A DNA stretch of 64,000 nucleotides from Saccostrea echinata. Taxonomy: Eukaryota. The notes below the pieces were generated by a model, which ran no database searches, was not told where the DNA came from, and saw only the letters and a program-made list of their open reading frames with translations. The stretch spans positions 3,844,001 to 3,908,000 of the forward strand of contig NW_026889750.1 of the NCBI RefSeq assembly GCF_033153115.1. The letters run 5' to 3'. Made by a program: the position numbers and the translations under genes. Shown here piece after piece: positions 14,266 through 27,606 of the stretch; within the stretch, counting starts at the first letter, position 1; each line of letters opens with the position of its first letter.

Positions 14266-15615
14266 GACTTACAGCATCTCAATCTGAAATAAAATTTAAC
14301 TACATGTAATTGTATAGTCTTGTTTTTTAAGGGAGATTCAAAATATAACACTCCACAAGACAAATTTGGTCAACATAAACCTAAATGATAAAGAAGATAT
14401 ACACCCTTGTGAAAATAGACCAGGATATCCCAAGATTTCCTGAGATTTTCTCAAGATATCTTGGTTAAAAATCCCAGGAAGTCTCAGGATTATCCTGGTT
14501 CCTAACCTCAGGAATTGTCAGGATGGTATTGGAACAAGGATTTCTCAGGATTTCACAGGACATCCTGGTAAAGCAAAATATCCTGAGATATCTTGAGAAT
14601 TCCTGGGACCACAATTATCCTGACCTCAGGAATATTTCACTTGTTTCATGGTAGTACAAAAATCCTGAGATGTCTTGAGATTTCCTGGGATCACAATCCT
14701 GTCATCATCCTGGCCTCAGGAATTTGACTTTGAAGTGTAAAAATCCTGAGATATCTTGAGATATTCCTGAGATCAACAACCCCCTTACTATCCTGAACTC
14801 TGGAATTTTGTCACTTCTTTCAAAAACAGATCTTTCAAAAACAGATTCAAGTTCTCAAAATGCATTTTAAATATCGACAATGTCCCTCTTTTAGTCTAAA
14901 AAGACAAAGAGTTATTATTTAGGCAAATTATTCTTTAATCAAATTTTTTTTCTTTGAAACTTTAAAAGTCTTTCATGATGTAATGAATGGTGGTAACATT
15001 GACCCCAGGGATGCATTCTGTTATTAGACCTGTAAAAGTAAAGATGCTTTATTATTCTAAAACAATCACATTAATGTTCATGTCGAAATGAAAAAAAAAC
15101 AACAACAAAAAAACATACAACTTTATGTATTTTTTTGCTTTTTACACTTACAATATCTACTTGTGTTAAAACATAACTTTACCTTCATTTAATGTTCTCT
15201 TTTCCTCGACAAGGCCCCTTTTTTTGGTGAAAACACCAATAAACTAGAAGTCATCAGCTTCTCTTTACTGAAAAATATAAATGACAGGTAGTTGACATAT
15301 TTCTTCTTTTTAAACAAAAGACTAGTCAGCTTCTTCTTTTAAAATGAATGAGAATGAAATTGTTAATAGGTTCTATCAGCATTTTTTTGAGTTTCTTAAA
15401 AATATCTTTTAAATTTGACTCATTAAAAAATATCAATAAAAATATACCAAGTTTATTCCATGGGCAAGAGGTCTTCATCATCGCATCTTCCAAAATGTTA
15501 CTGCTTTTGCTATTTGTTTCTGTGGGGGAAAGATAGATCATAGAGTTTACCTACAATATTATCTATTGCTCCTGAGTCCAAATACAATATTATTACAAAT
15601 TATGCATGCACTAAC

Positions 15616-16274
15616 CAGGTCTGGTACAATCACTAGATTTAGCTACATAGCTTGAATTACCTACATAGCTTTATTTACCTACCTGAAGTAGCTTTATTTA
15701 GCTACTAAATCAAACTTATTTCATAAACTAGCATTTTTCCAGAAAGTGCAGAAAATTGCACTTTGATGCAGTGATAATTTTCAACTTTTAACTCATCTGA
15801 AAACAATTTGTGAAAAATTCACTCTTGGAAATGTGTCTTTTTCTGCACAATTGCAATCAAAGTTCTAAAAGTTTCGGGGCTTTAATTTGTGACCTAACCA
15901 TTACTTCTCGATTGAAATAACAAAGAAAACCAGTTCTGGTTAACATGAGCACAATGTGAAGTAATCATACTTATCCACGCCTCATCACACACAAGGTGGT
16001 GTATAGTTACTCAAACAATGGAAATACATCTTTTCCTTAAAAGTGTTCAAACGCAGCAATGTTAAAACTATCTCTGCTTTAGATTGGTTTTTAAACAATA
16101 ACTAAAATAAATATAAGTAGACATTTACTTGCGATTTTTTGTATTTTTAAAATAAAAAGCAAAATTGTGAAAAGTTGCTTGAAATAGCTAAATAAAGCTA
16201 CCCGAGGTAGGTAAATAAAGCTACGGTAGGTAATTTTAGCTACATAGCTTAATGTATTGATTGTACTGGACCTG
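15616..16274. mobile_element. MITE with about 100-bp TIRs and 5-bp TSD, nested in the 3.7-kb element
   Basis: caggtctggtacaatc...gattgtactggacctg with internal tagct/tacct repeats; CTAAC at 15611-15615 and 16275-16279. Confidence 0.8.
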
Positions 16275-16279
16275 CTAAC

Positions 16280-16349
16280 GGGCACTGGAAGTTAATGTAA
16301 ATATAGAGTATGTGCATGTAAAAAAAAATTACATTAACTTCCAGTGCCC
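16280..16349. repeat. Small hairpin / micro-MITE remnant
   Basis: gggcactggaagttaatgtaa ... ttacattaacttccagtgccc, a 21-bp perfect inverted repeat. Confidence 0.7.
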
Positions 16350-17308
16350 ATGCATGCACTTAATAATGCATATCATCACACCCTGCTTATTTAGCACATT
16401 TGTTTTATAAACACCAAACTTCTGAAAGTGTTCAATTGGCAATTAACTCGAAATTTAAAAGAATACAATTTTATTGTGAAATATTCTATATGATCATATT
16501 TGAACCATGATACCTATTATATTAAAGTTTAAATAAGTTTGAACTTACAACCAACGTCATGAACTATGAATATTCCCATCTTCATTCCCTGAATATGTGC
16601 ACATCATTGTCCCTTTTGTGGGTATAAACATTCCAGGTTTTTTCTCCAGGGGTGCATTATTTCCTCACTGTCCGTTGTCTTCACTTTTTCATTACTTCAG
16701 CTTGGCATTCTTCAGTGGCACACTTCATTTTCTGTAGTTCGGTGTCTATTCAAATACAGTATCTCAAGCAAATCCAAATAAATTCTCTCCGCGGACATCT
16801 TGACCTCATCCAATTTGAAAAACGCGGATTATTGAAGTGGGTCACTCTTTGTCATTAAACCGCTTGATTTCCCACACCGTGCACACTTTAAGATAAGCGC
16901 TCAGTTGACCAGATAATGTTTGGTAACTTGTACGCGTTTTGATTCCATATGGGATTTAGGTTCTTTTCGTTTTTAGTAGAAGAGTGCAGCTATAGCCTAA
17001 ATGTTGTACTTATATTACTGTAACAGTATTGTAAAAATTAATTTACGGTAAAAAAAACTTCTGAACTTGAAGTTTTTAATTATTTTGTTGTAATAAATAA
17101 TTATTTTACATTATGGTGCCAATGTTTATATTATATGCAGAAAAACGTCTATTTGTCTGTTTATATCACTGTATCTATACATAAACGTTATTATTTACAG
17201 AGCTAAGGCTTTGATTTTTTTCCCACATTCAAAATAGGTTCAACAAAACAGCAATTTCAATGGTAACAAGTCCTCAGATGTTATTATTGAGGGGTAAACC
17301 ATAATATA

Positions 17309-17475
17309 CACTGGCGGATTTAGAAAGGGGGCCAGGGCACCCGGGTCCCCCTTTTGTGTCCAAAATATACATAAGATTTAATAAATAATTTTTTTTGGTG
17401 TGGCTGTGGGCCCCTACCCCAACTCCAAACTGGTCAGCCCCCCCCCCCTTTTTAAAATTTCTGGATCCACCACTG
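17309..17475. mobile_element. Short G/C-run MITE
   Basis: ctggcggatttagaa ... ttctggatccaccactg inverted termini with internal G/C runs. Confidence 0.5.
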
Positions 17476-18973
17476 ATATAGTTTTAGGCCTATTTGTTTT
17501 ATTGAATAGGCCTAGTGTATTCGCAAACTTAATCATGGGAGTTGTGCTGATTATAATCCCCTAGTACCTCAAGTGCACTATTCAGTATTCACCTAAGGAA
17601 TGTCCTTTATTAATTAAGATGGCTTTTATTAAGATAAAATTATCTGATCATCAACACATTGAAAAAATATAATATATTGTGAATGTCTCATATATTATTA
17701 TATGTTGAGTCTTGACTTCAGGATATTCTAGGACTTAAATTTAACAGTCCTCAGCTCAAGATATCCCAGGACTTATTTGATTCAGTTGGTTTTAGTTCAG
17801 AAAATGTCAAGAGTCCTGAGATTTCCTTATGTCAGGACTTGATCTCTTGTAAAAGTCCCGAAAAATCCTGGGATAATCTTGTTCTGGTGAAGAGTTAACA
17901 TGAAGTCCTGATATTTCCTGACAAAATCCTGTGCCTGATATCAGGATATCTCAGGATTTGACAATTGTCAGGAGCAAAAATTTTGGAGAGCAGGACATAT
18001 CAAGATATCTCAGGAAAATCCCAGGATATCTTGACTTCTCCTGACCCTCCAGGATTTATTTCTGCAAGGGTAAGCATAGTCAAACTTGTACATGTATTTA
18101 GCAGTCTTTTCACATCAAATGGAAATGTTGCCTTATGTAGTTGTATTAATTTGATATACTTGTAATATTACAGTAACTATGTATGCACATTCCTAGAGAG
18201 AAAAAAAATCAGTCTGTAGTTAACATTGATAAATTGGTTCAAGCTAAAGAGCATAATAAAGGGAGGTGGATTATATATTTTCTTATGCTAATATAAGCGA
18301 GTCTTATTCTGTTTCATCACATCTAAAACAATGAACACTTGAAGGCTAATTTTAAAAGAGGCATATGTTCATATGAAGGGAAATAAAAAAAAATTATATG
18401 AAAAAAAAATGTTCATCCAAAAAATAATGCTAATTCTATGTATGTATGTACTGTCTGTTCTTTTTTTTAAAGGTTAAAAAATTATACTATAGCTATAGTG
18501 TTCTTATATATGCAGCTTTCCCAGTCCTATTTTGAGTGTGACTGTGTCTGTTATAGACTGTTTCACGATAACTGCAGTACTACTCTTTTGCAGGGCAAAT
18601 TGATATAGTTTGACGAAAAATGACGTTAACAGCAATTGTTTTATAAACATCATTTTATTACCTGTCAAGAAAAAGTTAACCAAATGTTACTGAATTGCCC
18701 TGCAAGATAGCAGTACCACAGTTATCGTGAAAGGACTAATTACAACTTATTCTATTTTGTTCATCTCTCAAGTGAACATGCAAGGAAATAAGGAGATGGG
18801 ATCGAAAAGGCAGAGGGAAGGGAGGAGACATCCAAGAGTGAAGAGGTATGCAGGAGAAGAGGGGTGGGAAAAGAGAGGAAGGGTAGGTATGAGAAAAGAG
18901 GACAGCAGAGAAGAGATAAGAGATGGGAGGAAGAACAGAAGGGAAAGGGCCATCCCCCCCCCCCCCAATTCAC

Positions 18974-19409
18974 GGTAACGGGACGTTTCGCCCCTATTGA
19001 CGGTTCGCGCCGAGACCATTCGCCCCAGAAGACCTTTCGCGCCGAGACGTTTCGCGCCGAATTTAATCTATAACGATACAAATACGATATGTTTTAAGAT
19101 AAATATTTACATATAAGGTTAATATTGACTCTATTAAAAAAAAGTTCTAAAGTTACTAAAAAAACTTTCATGACTGTTTAAATTGTTGAAAATAGGCTTA
19201 TACCATAATTAAAGGTATAATTATCCATGTGCAGATATATAATTATGTTTATTCAGCAATCATAATTGTCTGATTCAGTATTGTAATTAAGGTGTTATAA
19301 TTATCATTTGGAGACTCTCCATGTCAAGATAATTGATCTGAGGCGCGAACCGTCTGGGGGCGAAACGTCTCAGCGCGAATGGTCTTTCGGGGCGAACCGT
19401 CCCGCACTC
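18974..19409. mobile_element. MULE-like MITE with repetitive TIRs and 8-9-bp TSD
   Basis: Left arm has repeated ttcgcccc/ttcgcgcc units and the right arm has their reverse complements; CAATTCAC at 18966-18973 and 19410-19417. Confidence 0.8.
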
Positions 19410-19655
19410 CAATTCACTTATGTTTTTATTTTTTGTCAAATGCAAGGGTTTTTAGACAATTTTCATTCTCTGATTACTGTCAGAAATATGTAAACATTGT
19501 ATTAAAATCATTTAACGCAATCAACATGACTTTGAATATGACACTGGACATGTGTAACTTGAGACTGATGACGCTGAGGGATGAAGAAACCAGGTGCACA
19601 TGTGCATGTATCCATTTTTAATTGTATATCAACAAGTTGCTGAATTTGCAATTAC

Positions 19656-20028
19656 CTACAAGAATCTAAAACGGGATAATTCACAAATATACTACCTAAA
19701 CAAAATGAAAAAGTAAAAACTCTTCTCTTTCGTTAACTTTGCCAGGCTCCTTCTTTTACCCACACCCTCGCTTGTTAATGTCGTAATTAGGCATTTAACG
19801 AAAAGTTTCCAAATGATTGAAAGGGATTTTTAAGAATTGTCATATAATTTTCAAGGATTACATTGATAAAGTGTAGATTATAATATATGCTACTTGTCCA
19901 AGATTAAAAGATCACAAATGTAAACAAAATCACAACAACCAAAGAGCGGCATTCAGAAGGTTCTGGTGTGTTCGATGTTTTGATGCGTAATAATTGTATA
20001 AAAAATATAACATTTTTAGTGGTAAGGA
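19656..20028. promoter_or_regulatory. Putative bidirectional promoter shared by SMYD4 (-) and HSPBP1 (+)
   Basis: Minus-strand donor ag|gtaatt at 19656/19655 could supply a non-coding SMYD4 exon 1 for the acceptor at 14284; the HSPBP1 ATG is at 20029. Inferred; no transcript data. Confidence 0.4.
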
Positions 20029-23000
20029 ATGGAAGGCGGAGGTTCTGGTGGCAGGGAGCCACCTGAAGAAAAAAGGCCACCCAAAGATGTACGAGCACTG
20101 CTACAAATGTGCATGGAAGTGCAGAGTGAAGATAAAAAAGATCAAGAAAATGTTGCGCAACCGATGCCAGAAGATGTAAGTTTCCTCATCAATATTTTAT
20201 TCGGGTTGTGAAGTAATGTAAATGAGTCGCAACATTATTTTAACGGCTAAACATTTTTTGGATACCAGAGGTGTCTTTAATGCAAATTCACACACTGTGT
20301 GACACAGGACCTCGTGTCCTAGTTCGACTAGATGCTATGAAAAGATCTATGAAAATGTTACACGGATATATCAAATGTTAGGGATGTTCAGTTATGAATG
20401 AATGTTAATAATATCCTGTCACTGCTGTTGATTGGCGTTGATATGTATGATCTTTAAAATCCTTCATCTAAGAAAAAGGTATAATATATAGAAGATTCAG
20501 TTTGTGTTGAAGTTTGTGTTGAATTTAATATCTTTTACAGCGACGGCAGTGGTTGGAGAATGCTATTACTGACTTGACAGTTAGCCCAGTTGAAAGAATG
20601 AAGGCTTGCTTGCTAATTCTGACTTCACCAGACAGTACAGAGAAGAAAATTATAGCAGCGTTAGAGGAAACAGCAGAATGGTGTGAAACGATAGATTTTG
20701 CTTCTGGTTTGTATTTGCCACAATGAATACATATTTTTAAATTTTCAAAGATGCTTATTTTGAGTCAACAAGTTTTATATTGAATGTTCAGAAAAGAATT
20801 CAAAATTATTCAGAACAAGTCAATGGAGGATTTGTATTATTAAATTTTATAACTGTTTGATATTTTATTAAATATTTATTTTTTGAACTTTAAAATGTTA
20901 ACGCTTATAGCATTTATGTTTTTTTTTAATTGATGGAGATTTATTGCATGCTTAAACCTTTTTGTTCAGATTTCTACAAGATTGGTGGATACCCTGTGAT
21001 AAAAATATTATTAACACACAAGACACCAGAAATAAGGTGGAGGACCCTGGATTTAATAGCAATATTGGTCCAGAACCATCCTTTCTGTCAGATAAAGGCA
21101 TTAGAAGAAAATTGGCTAACTCTAATGCTAGATATCCTGGATAAAGATGAAGATCCAAATGTGAAAATCAAAGCTATGTATGCCGTATCATGTAAGTTTA
21201 TCAAGGAAATGTAATGTTTCAATTGATGTAGGAAAACATAAGCAATTTCTAATTAAAGAATTTGAGTTTTTGAAGCTCAAATTTTAGATTTTGAATCATT
21301 TTTCAGGCCTTGCAAGAGACAATGTTGAAGCCCAGAAAGTTTTTGAAAAGCATGATGGTTTCTCTGTTCTGATGAGGGCCATGCAGACAGATGTAGAAAA
21401 ACTTAGAATTAAAGCAGCATTTATGCTATCGGCATTATGTGCTAAGAGGCCAGATTTTAAAGGTAGATGTAAATGACAATTTTACTCAGACTATTCCTAA
21501 ATGAAATCTTGAAAATGAAATGAGGCATTTTTTCCCCCTTTTCATTAAACAGAGCATGCTATATGGTTTTGTATACCAAATGTTTTTTACAAATAGACTA
21601 TACTTGAAAAGGTAAGGTAAGGGACTGAACAGTCATCAATAGGGATTGGGGCATTTTTACCATTTTAAAGAATGTGCCTAATCCCTCAGATCAATAAAAT
21701 GTGTTTCAATTGAATAAAAAAATCATGCTTGATACATGTAAATCAATTTGTTATAGTTTGAAATTTTCTTCCTCTTCAACAAAGAAACCACTCGCCATTG
21801 AATCCGCTAGACAGGCATCTTCACAGAATGATTGAAATGGATCTCAAAATAAAATGTGTCATGATCCCCAGGGGTAGGGTTGGGCCATAAGGGATCAAAG
21901 ATTTACATAGGAATATAAAAAAAAAAATGTTGAAAAATCTTCTTCTCAAGAACAGTAGTCTTGTATAGTCATATTGATATGGAAACATCCTCAGGTAGTG
22001 TAGATTTAGGTTCTTTCAAATCATGACCCCGGGGTAGGGTGGGGCCACAACAGGGGATCAAAGTTTGACATTGGAATATATAAGAAAAAATCATGAAAAA
22101 TTTTCTTCTCAAGAACAGCAAAGCCTTGATAATTAGTCATATTGATGTGGAAGCATCCTCAGGTAGTGTAGATTCAGGTTTGTTCTAATCATGACCCCTT
22201 GGGGATTGGATGAGTTCACAACAGGGGATTTTATAAGATTTACATAAGAAAAAAATGATAAAAAAAATCTCCTCCTCAAGAACAGCAAAGTCTTGTGTAG
22301 TCAATGGGGGATCAAAGTTTTACATAGGAATATAAAAGAAAAAATCTTTAAAATTCTTCCCAAGAATGGGAAAGTCTTGTTTAGTCATTAATATGGAAGC
22401 ATCCTCAGGTATTGTAGATTTAGATTTGTTCAAATCATGAACCCTTTGAGGTTTTAAATGTAGGAAAAATTTTCTTCTCAAGAACAGCAAAGCCATGATT
22501 AGTCGTATTATCACAGAAGCATCCTGAGGTAGTGTAGATTCAGGTTTGTTCAAATCATGACCCCTTGGGATTGGTTGGGGCCACAATAGGGTATTAAAGT
22601 TACATACATGTAGGACAGCAAAGTCTTTTGTAGTCATATTGATATGGAAGCATCCTCAGGTAATGTAGATTTAGGTTGGTTCAAATCATGACCCCTGGGG
22701 GTAGGGTGAGGCCACAATGGGGGATCAAAGTTTTACGTATGAATTTGTAGGGGAAAAACTTTAAAATTTTCTCAGGAACAGCAAAGTGATGATTAGTCAT
22801 ATTGATATTGAAGTATCCTCAGGTAGTGTAGTTTCAGATTTGTTCAAATCATGACCCCTTGGCTTTGGATGGGGCCACAACAGGGGATCAAAGTTATAAT
22901 AAAGAATATAAGGGATATGTATCAGTAAAAATTTTCTTCTCTAGAACAACAATGCCAGTCTTATTAATTCAGAAGCATCCTCAGGTAGAGTAGTTTCAAA

Positions 23001-24231
23001 TGTTTTCCAGTCATGTCCCTAGAGGTAGGGTAAGGCCTCAATAGAAGATCAAATGTTGGAACCACATTTAAAAATTTCTCAATACTGAACTGATTTCTGC
23101 TTTTTCCTAGCCAATGTGCTCAGGTGAACAATGTGGCCCATGGGCTTCTTGTTACTGATTTTCAGTTAGTAGGTTAAAAATTGATATTACAAGGTCATAT
23201 AATTAGGGAGTTTTTTTTACTCATATTCAAACTCCTTAAGCATGTTGTCCGTAACTAGTGGGTGACCATTCATTTTCAGGTGTCAAAGGTAACTTTTTTA
23301 GGGACTCCAACTGCCTCCAAGTTTATGTTTCTTTTTTTCTCAGAATTTGTCATACATGTTATATACTTGAATTTAAACATTCTATTTTATAGATGTGATG
23401 TGTGATACTGGAATGATTGACCAGCTAGTTGGAGTTTTAAGTGAAGAGCATAATTCATTTCATGAACACAACCTAGCTGCCCTTCTGTCTATAGTAATGG
23501 ACCATCAGAGAGCAATAGAGGAGTGCCAGAGACCTGAGCTGGAGCTTGAAAAGAAGTTACGGGAACGGATACAGTTTCTGAAGGACAAGGATGAATTCAG
23601 GGTAAATGTCAACTTTAAATTTACTGTAAGGTGCTTATTCAGGGTATGTCTCAAGATCCTTTTTTTAACCTTTTCATGGTTTAAGTGCTTGCATTACTCT
23701 TGTGTCCTGTTACCTTGTTGTTTTCATAATTAGTTTTCCTGGAGGAACACAGAGAATGAAACAGACAAATTTGGTCTGTAAATTGTGATGAATTACAGAG
23801 GCCAGAATTTTATGCTTTAAAATATCAAATTTCTTTTGTATTGTGTTCCTTGTACATATAAATACTTACCATTATTCCAGGTGATATCCAGCTTGATATG
23901 AACAGTACGAATCATCTTCTCCAAAGATTCCAACCTCGATGAGTGGAAACATCATCAGAAACTCCCACTTGTAGTTTGGGAAGGCCATTCCCAGAAACTA
24001 ATTTTATGTTTTTTGCTAGGAGTACTTTCCCAGGTGTGGCAATGTGTCAGCTAAACTTCCCAGCAAAATTTGTACTTGCATGTGTGTGTGACCCCACTGC
24101 AACAAATTTAATGATCCTTAATGACTGATAATTATTATTATTTATTTTTTATTTGTTTGTAGGAGGAAAGTCAGTATGCGAAGGAATTGCTGAAAATAAT
24201 ATCAACTGATGACGATGAAGTTCAAAGGTGA
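20029..24231 (+). CDS. HSPBP1: Hsp70-binding protein 1 (Fes1-family nucleotide exchange factor), 6 exons, 322 aa
   Basis: Exons 20029-20175, 20541-20706, 20970-21191, 21307-21462, 23393-23601, 24163-24231 join in frame. Motifs RRQWLENA, DFYKIGG, VQNHPFCQ, KAMYAVSCLAR, HDGFSVLMRAMQ, KLRIKAAFML and ECQRPELEL. Confidence 0.95.
21770..23153. mobile_element. Helentron/HINE-like element with a satellite array of about 170-bp units (HSPBP1 intron 4)
   Basis: About 7 units of aagcatcctcaggtagtgtagattcaggtttgttcaaatcatgacccc...gggccacaa; ends tcaggtgaacaatgtggcccatgggcttcttgtt. Confidence 0.75.
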
Positions 24232-26209
24232 ATACCAGAAAAGAAAATGGCCAGATGAAAGGGGGAAAAATGACCCAGACTCGGATTGACAGATTGCTTT
24301 TCCAGGTTCCTTTGCAAAAGGGGACATACATGTTGTTCACCTGTGCATCTGTTCGTTTATGCATGCATCATATTTTTGAAAGTCATAGTAAGAAAAAGTT
24401 CAACCTCTTACGGTCATACTTGCTACTGGAATAATGGGAGAAAAATCTTGGTGATTTTTGGGTTAAGAGGTAATGCATGTACCACAAATCAGTAATACGA
24501 TCATAGACTGTAGTCACCACTTTTATTCAACCTACAGAAATTTATAGTAAACTTGGGAAGAAGCTATTCTTGTTCTACTTGACTGGGTAGGAATAACCCG
24601 CTAATGATTTTCAGATGAAGTAAGATTTTTTAGAATTGTTTCCATTTCAAGGAAATCTGGTTGATATGCAATGGACACACTGTGTTGTGTCTGCATCACA
24701 ACTTTGTTCCCCCCCAATTTAAAGGCAAACAGTTCACATCATATTTCAATATACCTATATCTTTATATCATGTTTAATCCCAGTCCTCAAAGAAAAAAAA
24801 GTATTGGGTAAGATTTTGAGCTTGTCAGTGAAATGAAGTGCAATTATTTAAAGACAATAATTTATCCAGTATTGGTGAATGTGATTTTATTGTGTATATT
24901 TCAATCTATGTGGTATATATATATATATGTTAATGTATTGTAGAATTTTTAATGGCTTGTCAGATCTGAAATGCTAAAATAGGTATATGTATGTCTGGAA
25001 TACTGTAGACCAACTTTTATTCATGTGCAAGAAATATCTGATAGTCTTGGGACCTTATTTTACTTGCTAATGTTGAAACCATTTAGGGATTTGTCCCCCC
25101 ATCACTGGCTAGAGAGGCTCATCTCGAACTTCTTAATAGTAAAATATATCTAATCCAGACACCACTGTTTTTAGAGAAATTGGCTGGATTAGACAGCATT
25201 CTGGATTAGACAATTCAATTTTAACAAATTGAAGTTATTGAAAGGGACTTGAATTTTGCATCATATTAGGCAAGATTTCGGAATACACAACTTCTGGATT
25301 TGGCCAGTTTCACTATATTATTAGTGTATTTTTATAAAATATTTCCTCAATAATGAAAACTAATATCCTGTCATTGCAGACAGATTAGAGGCTGATGAAT
25401 TGCTAATATTAGTGGTTTATAGTTATGTATTTTCACTACTGGGGTACTTACTTTTTCAAAATGGCAGCATTGCAGTCTTATTTGAACAATACTAAAATGT
25501 AGGTCTCGCAATATTTCAAAGAAGCAAAAAATAATAATTTCATAGCAAATAACCATATTTGCTATTGTCTCCGTCCCCAGTGATAAAAACTTTGCTTATA
25601 ATTAGTGTCTAAAACATCTCTCTAAAAAGAGGCGAGGAATCAAAAAAAAAAATGAGAGATAGCTGTCATGGCTGGGTTGGATTGTACCCCATTTTGCCAA
25701 ATATATTCCATGTCACCAAGGTTCCAAACATTGAACAATTTATCTAGACGATAAATCCCTATAATGGTTAGTGAAGCTCTTATCCTAACACAATATATCA
25801 ACTTTTTTAATAGGTAAGCTATAAGAATGCTTTTGGCACAGGAAACTGAAGCTCGATCATGAGCCTGTTACTAGTGTTATATACATCTATTTATGAATGA
25901 TTATTTCATCGAAACTGTTTTTCAGTGAATAAATTTTTGTAAAAAGATACATTTGTCTGATTTATACAAATGGGTGTACCAATAAAGTAGATATTGTTAC
26001 AAGAGAGTACAGTACAAACAAAATAGATGATTTTTTGATGCATGTACATTGTAATTGGTCATCTCTTCCCTTTCCAAATCATACTCTGTGCATCACTATG
26101 TAACAAAATACTGTTTCATTGTACTATATTACGAAAGATTTTCAATGCAATGTTTTTCAACATATGAGGGATTGAATATACATGTATTTTTAATATCCCT
26201 TATTCAGTT

Positions 26210-26372
26210 TGTGACGGTCAGGCAGGTTCGATCACCAGTGGCCAGAGAGCTCTGTAGAGCACTTGACTAGTGATTCAGGGGGTACGAGTTCAAATCCTGG
26301 TCCTTGGCATTATTTTCCTTTCCTGTTGCATTTGGTGACGTACCATGCCATGGAAGTGACAGGTGAAAGCTA
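26210..26372 (+). mobile_element. TRIM fragment: tRNA-containing LTR, PBS and partial internal region
   Basis: TG-start LTR (tgtgacggtcaggcaggttcg) contains a tRNA-like gactagtgattcaggg...gagttcaaatcc segment, ends in CA at 26330 and is followed by TTTGGTG. Homologous to 55700-56197. Confidence 0.6.
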
Positions 26373-26619
26373 CACCACTCTCTACCATCAGCTCATACAT
26401 TCATCTGTGTCTTTGACTCGCATATATCACAGTGATAAGCACAAGAAATATTGTGGGTTTTTTTAAATTTCATTATAATTAAATGCCAGCACTAATGTTT
26501 GTCCCTAAAGGTTGATACATGTATTTACTAAGAAGATCTAGAACTATTAGTGTAATTTGAAATAATGCTGAATATTACTAATTTATTTTATGTCAAAAAT
26601 CTTTACACGAGCCCATTGC

Positions 26620-26985
26620 AGGGGTATCTGAGAGACAGATCGCACCCAAAATAGAAACAGACCTAGACATTTTTATGATAAATCTGTATACCAAATTTCA
26701 TTTCAGGATGTCCAACCTCTGCAAAGAAAATGAACGAAAACTGTAAATAATTGGAATTTTCTTAAGTCCACAGGGCATAACTCTGTCAAAAATTGCTCAA
26801 TTGTACCCAAAACAGAACTTGGCCTAGATATTCTTGTGATAAATCTGTATACCAAATTTCATTTCAGTATGTGCAACCTCTGTGAAGAAAATGAACGGAA
26901 CTGTTGGTGTACCGACAGAAAGACAGACCGACTGACAGACAGCAGCAAAGCACTATGCCCTTCCTTCTTCAAAGTGTGGCATAAC
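26620..26985. mobile_element. Short HINE-like element (2 units of about 165 bp, gaca microsatellite, terminal hairpin)
   Basis: Duplicated gataaatctgtataccaaatttcatttcag; gacagaaagacagaccgactgacagac; atgccc...ggcataa end. Confidence 0.55.
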
Positions 26986-27319
26986 TCTTGCAAATGGAAA
27001 ATTTGTCTATTCATGAGAGAAATACCAGTTCTTTTCACAGAAACAAAACACGTTTCTGTCACATTGACAGCTTTCTTGTTTTTATAGGAGAAAACTATTA
27101 TTTGTAATCCCCGATTTGCTTTTTGTATATAGATTTAATTTTGTAATCTTTGCGAGATCTGATTTTAATTCTTTTATTATGCAGAGTTAGTGAACAGTGC
27201 TTTTTATGCTACTTTTGTCTGGTAGTTTGCTCCTGCAGTATTTAATTTCATCAAAAGATACCTGTATATGTGGTTTCAATTTCAATGTTTGGGAATGTGC
27301 ATCAAGCTCTTGATGGGGA

Positions 27320-27606
27320 GTCACCCACATGGCACAGTGGTTAGAGTGTCTGCTCCAGAGTTGTGGAGTAAGGAGCAGATCCTTACGTTGTGGGTTTGAA
27401 TCCACTGCGGGACATGGAGACCGGTCCTTGGAATGAGACTGTATAAATCGAGGTCCCGTGTCGCAGTAGGTTTGGCACAAAAGAGATCCCTCACTGCTCA
27501 ATGGCCCTGAGTGCCGAGCATAATGTATAAACTTGCAGCCCTCCACTGACAAGTGGTGGCATCTCCATGAGTGAAAAATTCTCTTGAGGGGCGTTAAACA
27601 ACAAAC
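27320..27606 (+). mobile_element. tRNA-derived SINE with Meta-type central domain
   Basis: A-box tggcacagtggttag, B-box gggtttgaatcc, central gaggtcccgtgtcgcagtaggtttggcac...ccctcactgctcaatggcc, tail gagtgaaaaattctc...cgttaaacaacaaac. Confidence 0.75.

Larger units (their letters stand above)
14404..18070. mobile_element. About 3.7-kb non-autonomous DNA transposon, CACTA/EnSpm-like, in the SMYD4 5'-UTR intron
   Basis: Termini cccttgtgaaaatagaccagg and (reverse complement) cccttgcagaaataaatcctgg; dense subterminal arrays of atcctgaga/atcttgag/tcccagga motifs at 14420-14800 and 17710-18060. TSD unclear. Confidence 0.6.

Noticed and set aside
18727-19081. Overlapping ORFs in a purine-rich tract
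   Set aside because: Low-complexity GA-rich sequence plus a MITE arm; no splice or motif support.
23862-23880. U1 snRNA-like 5' end (atacttacc)
   Set aside because: Similarity stops after 9 nt; better explained as the reverse complement of a splice donor.
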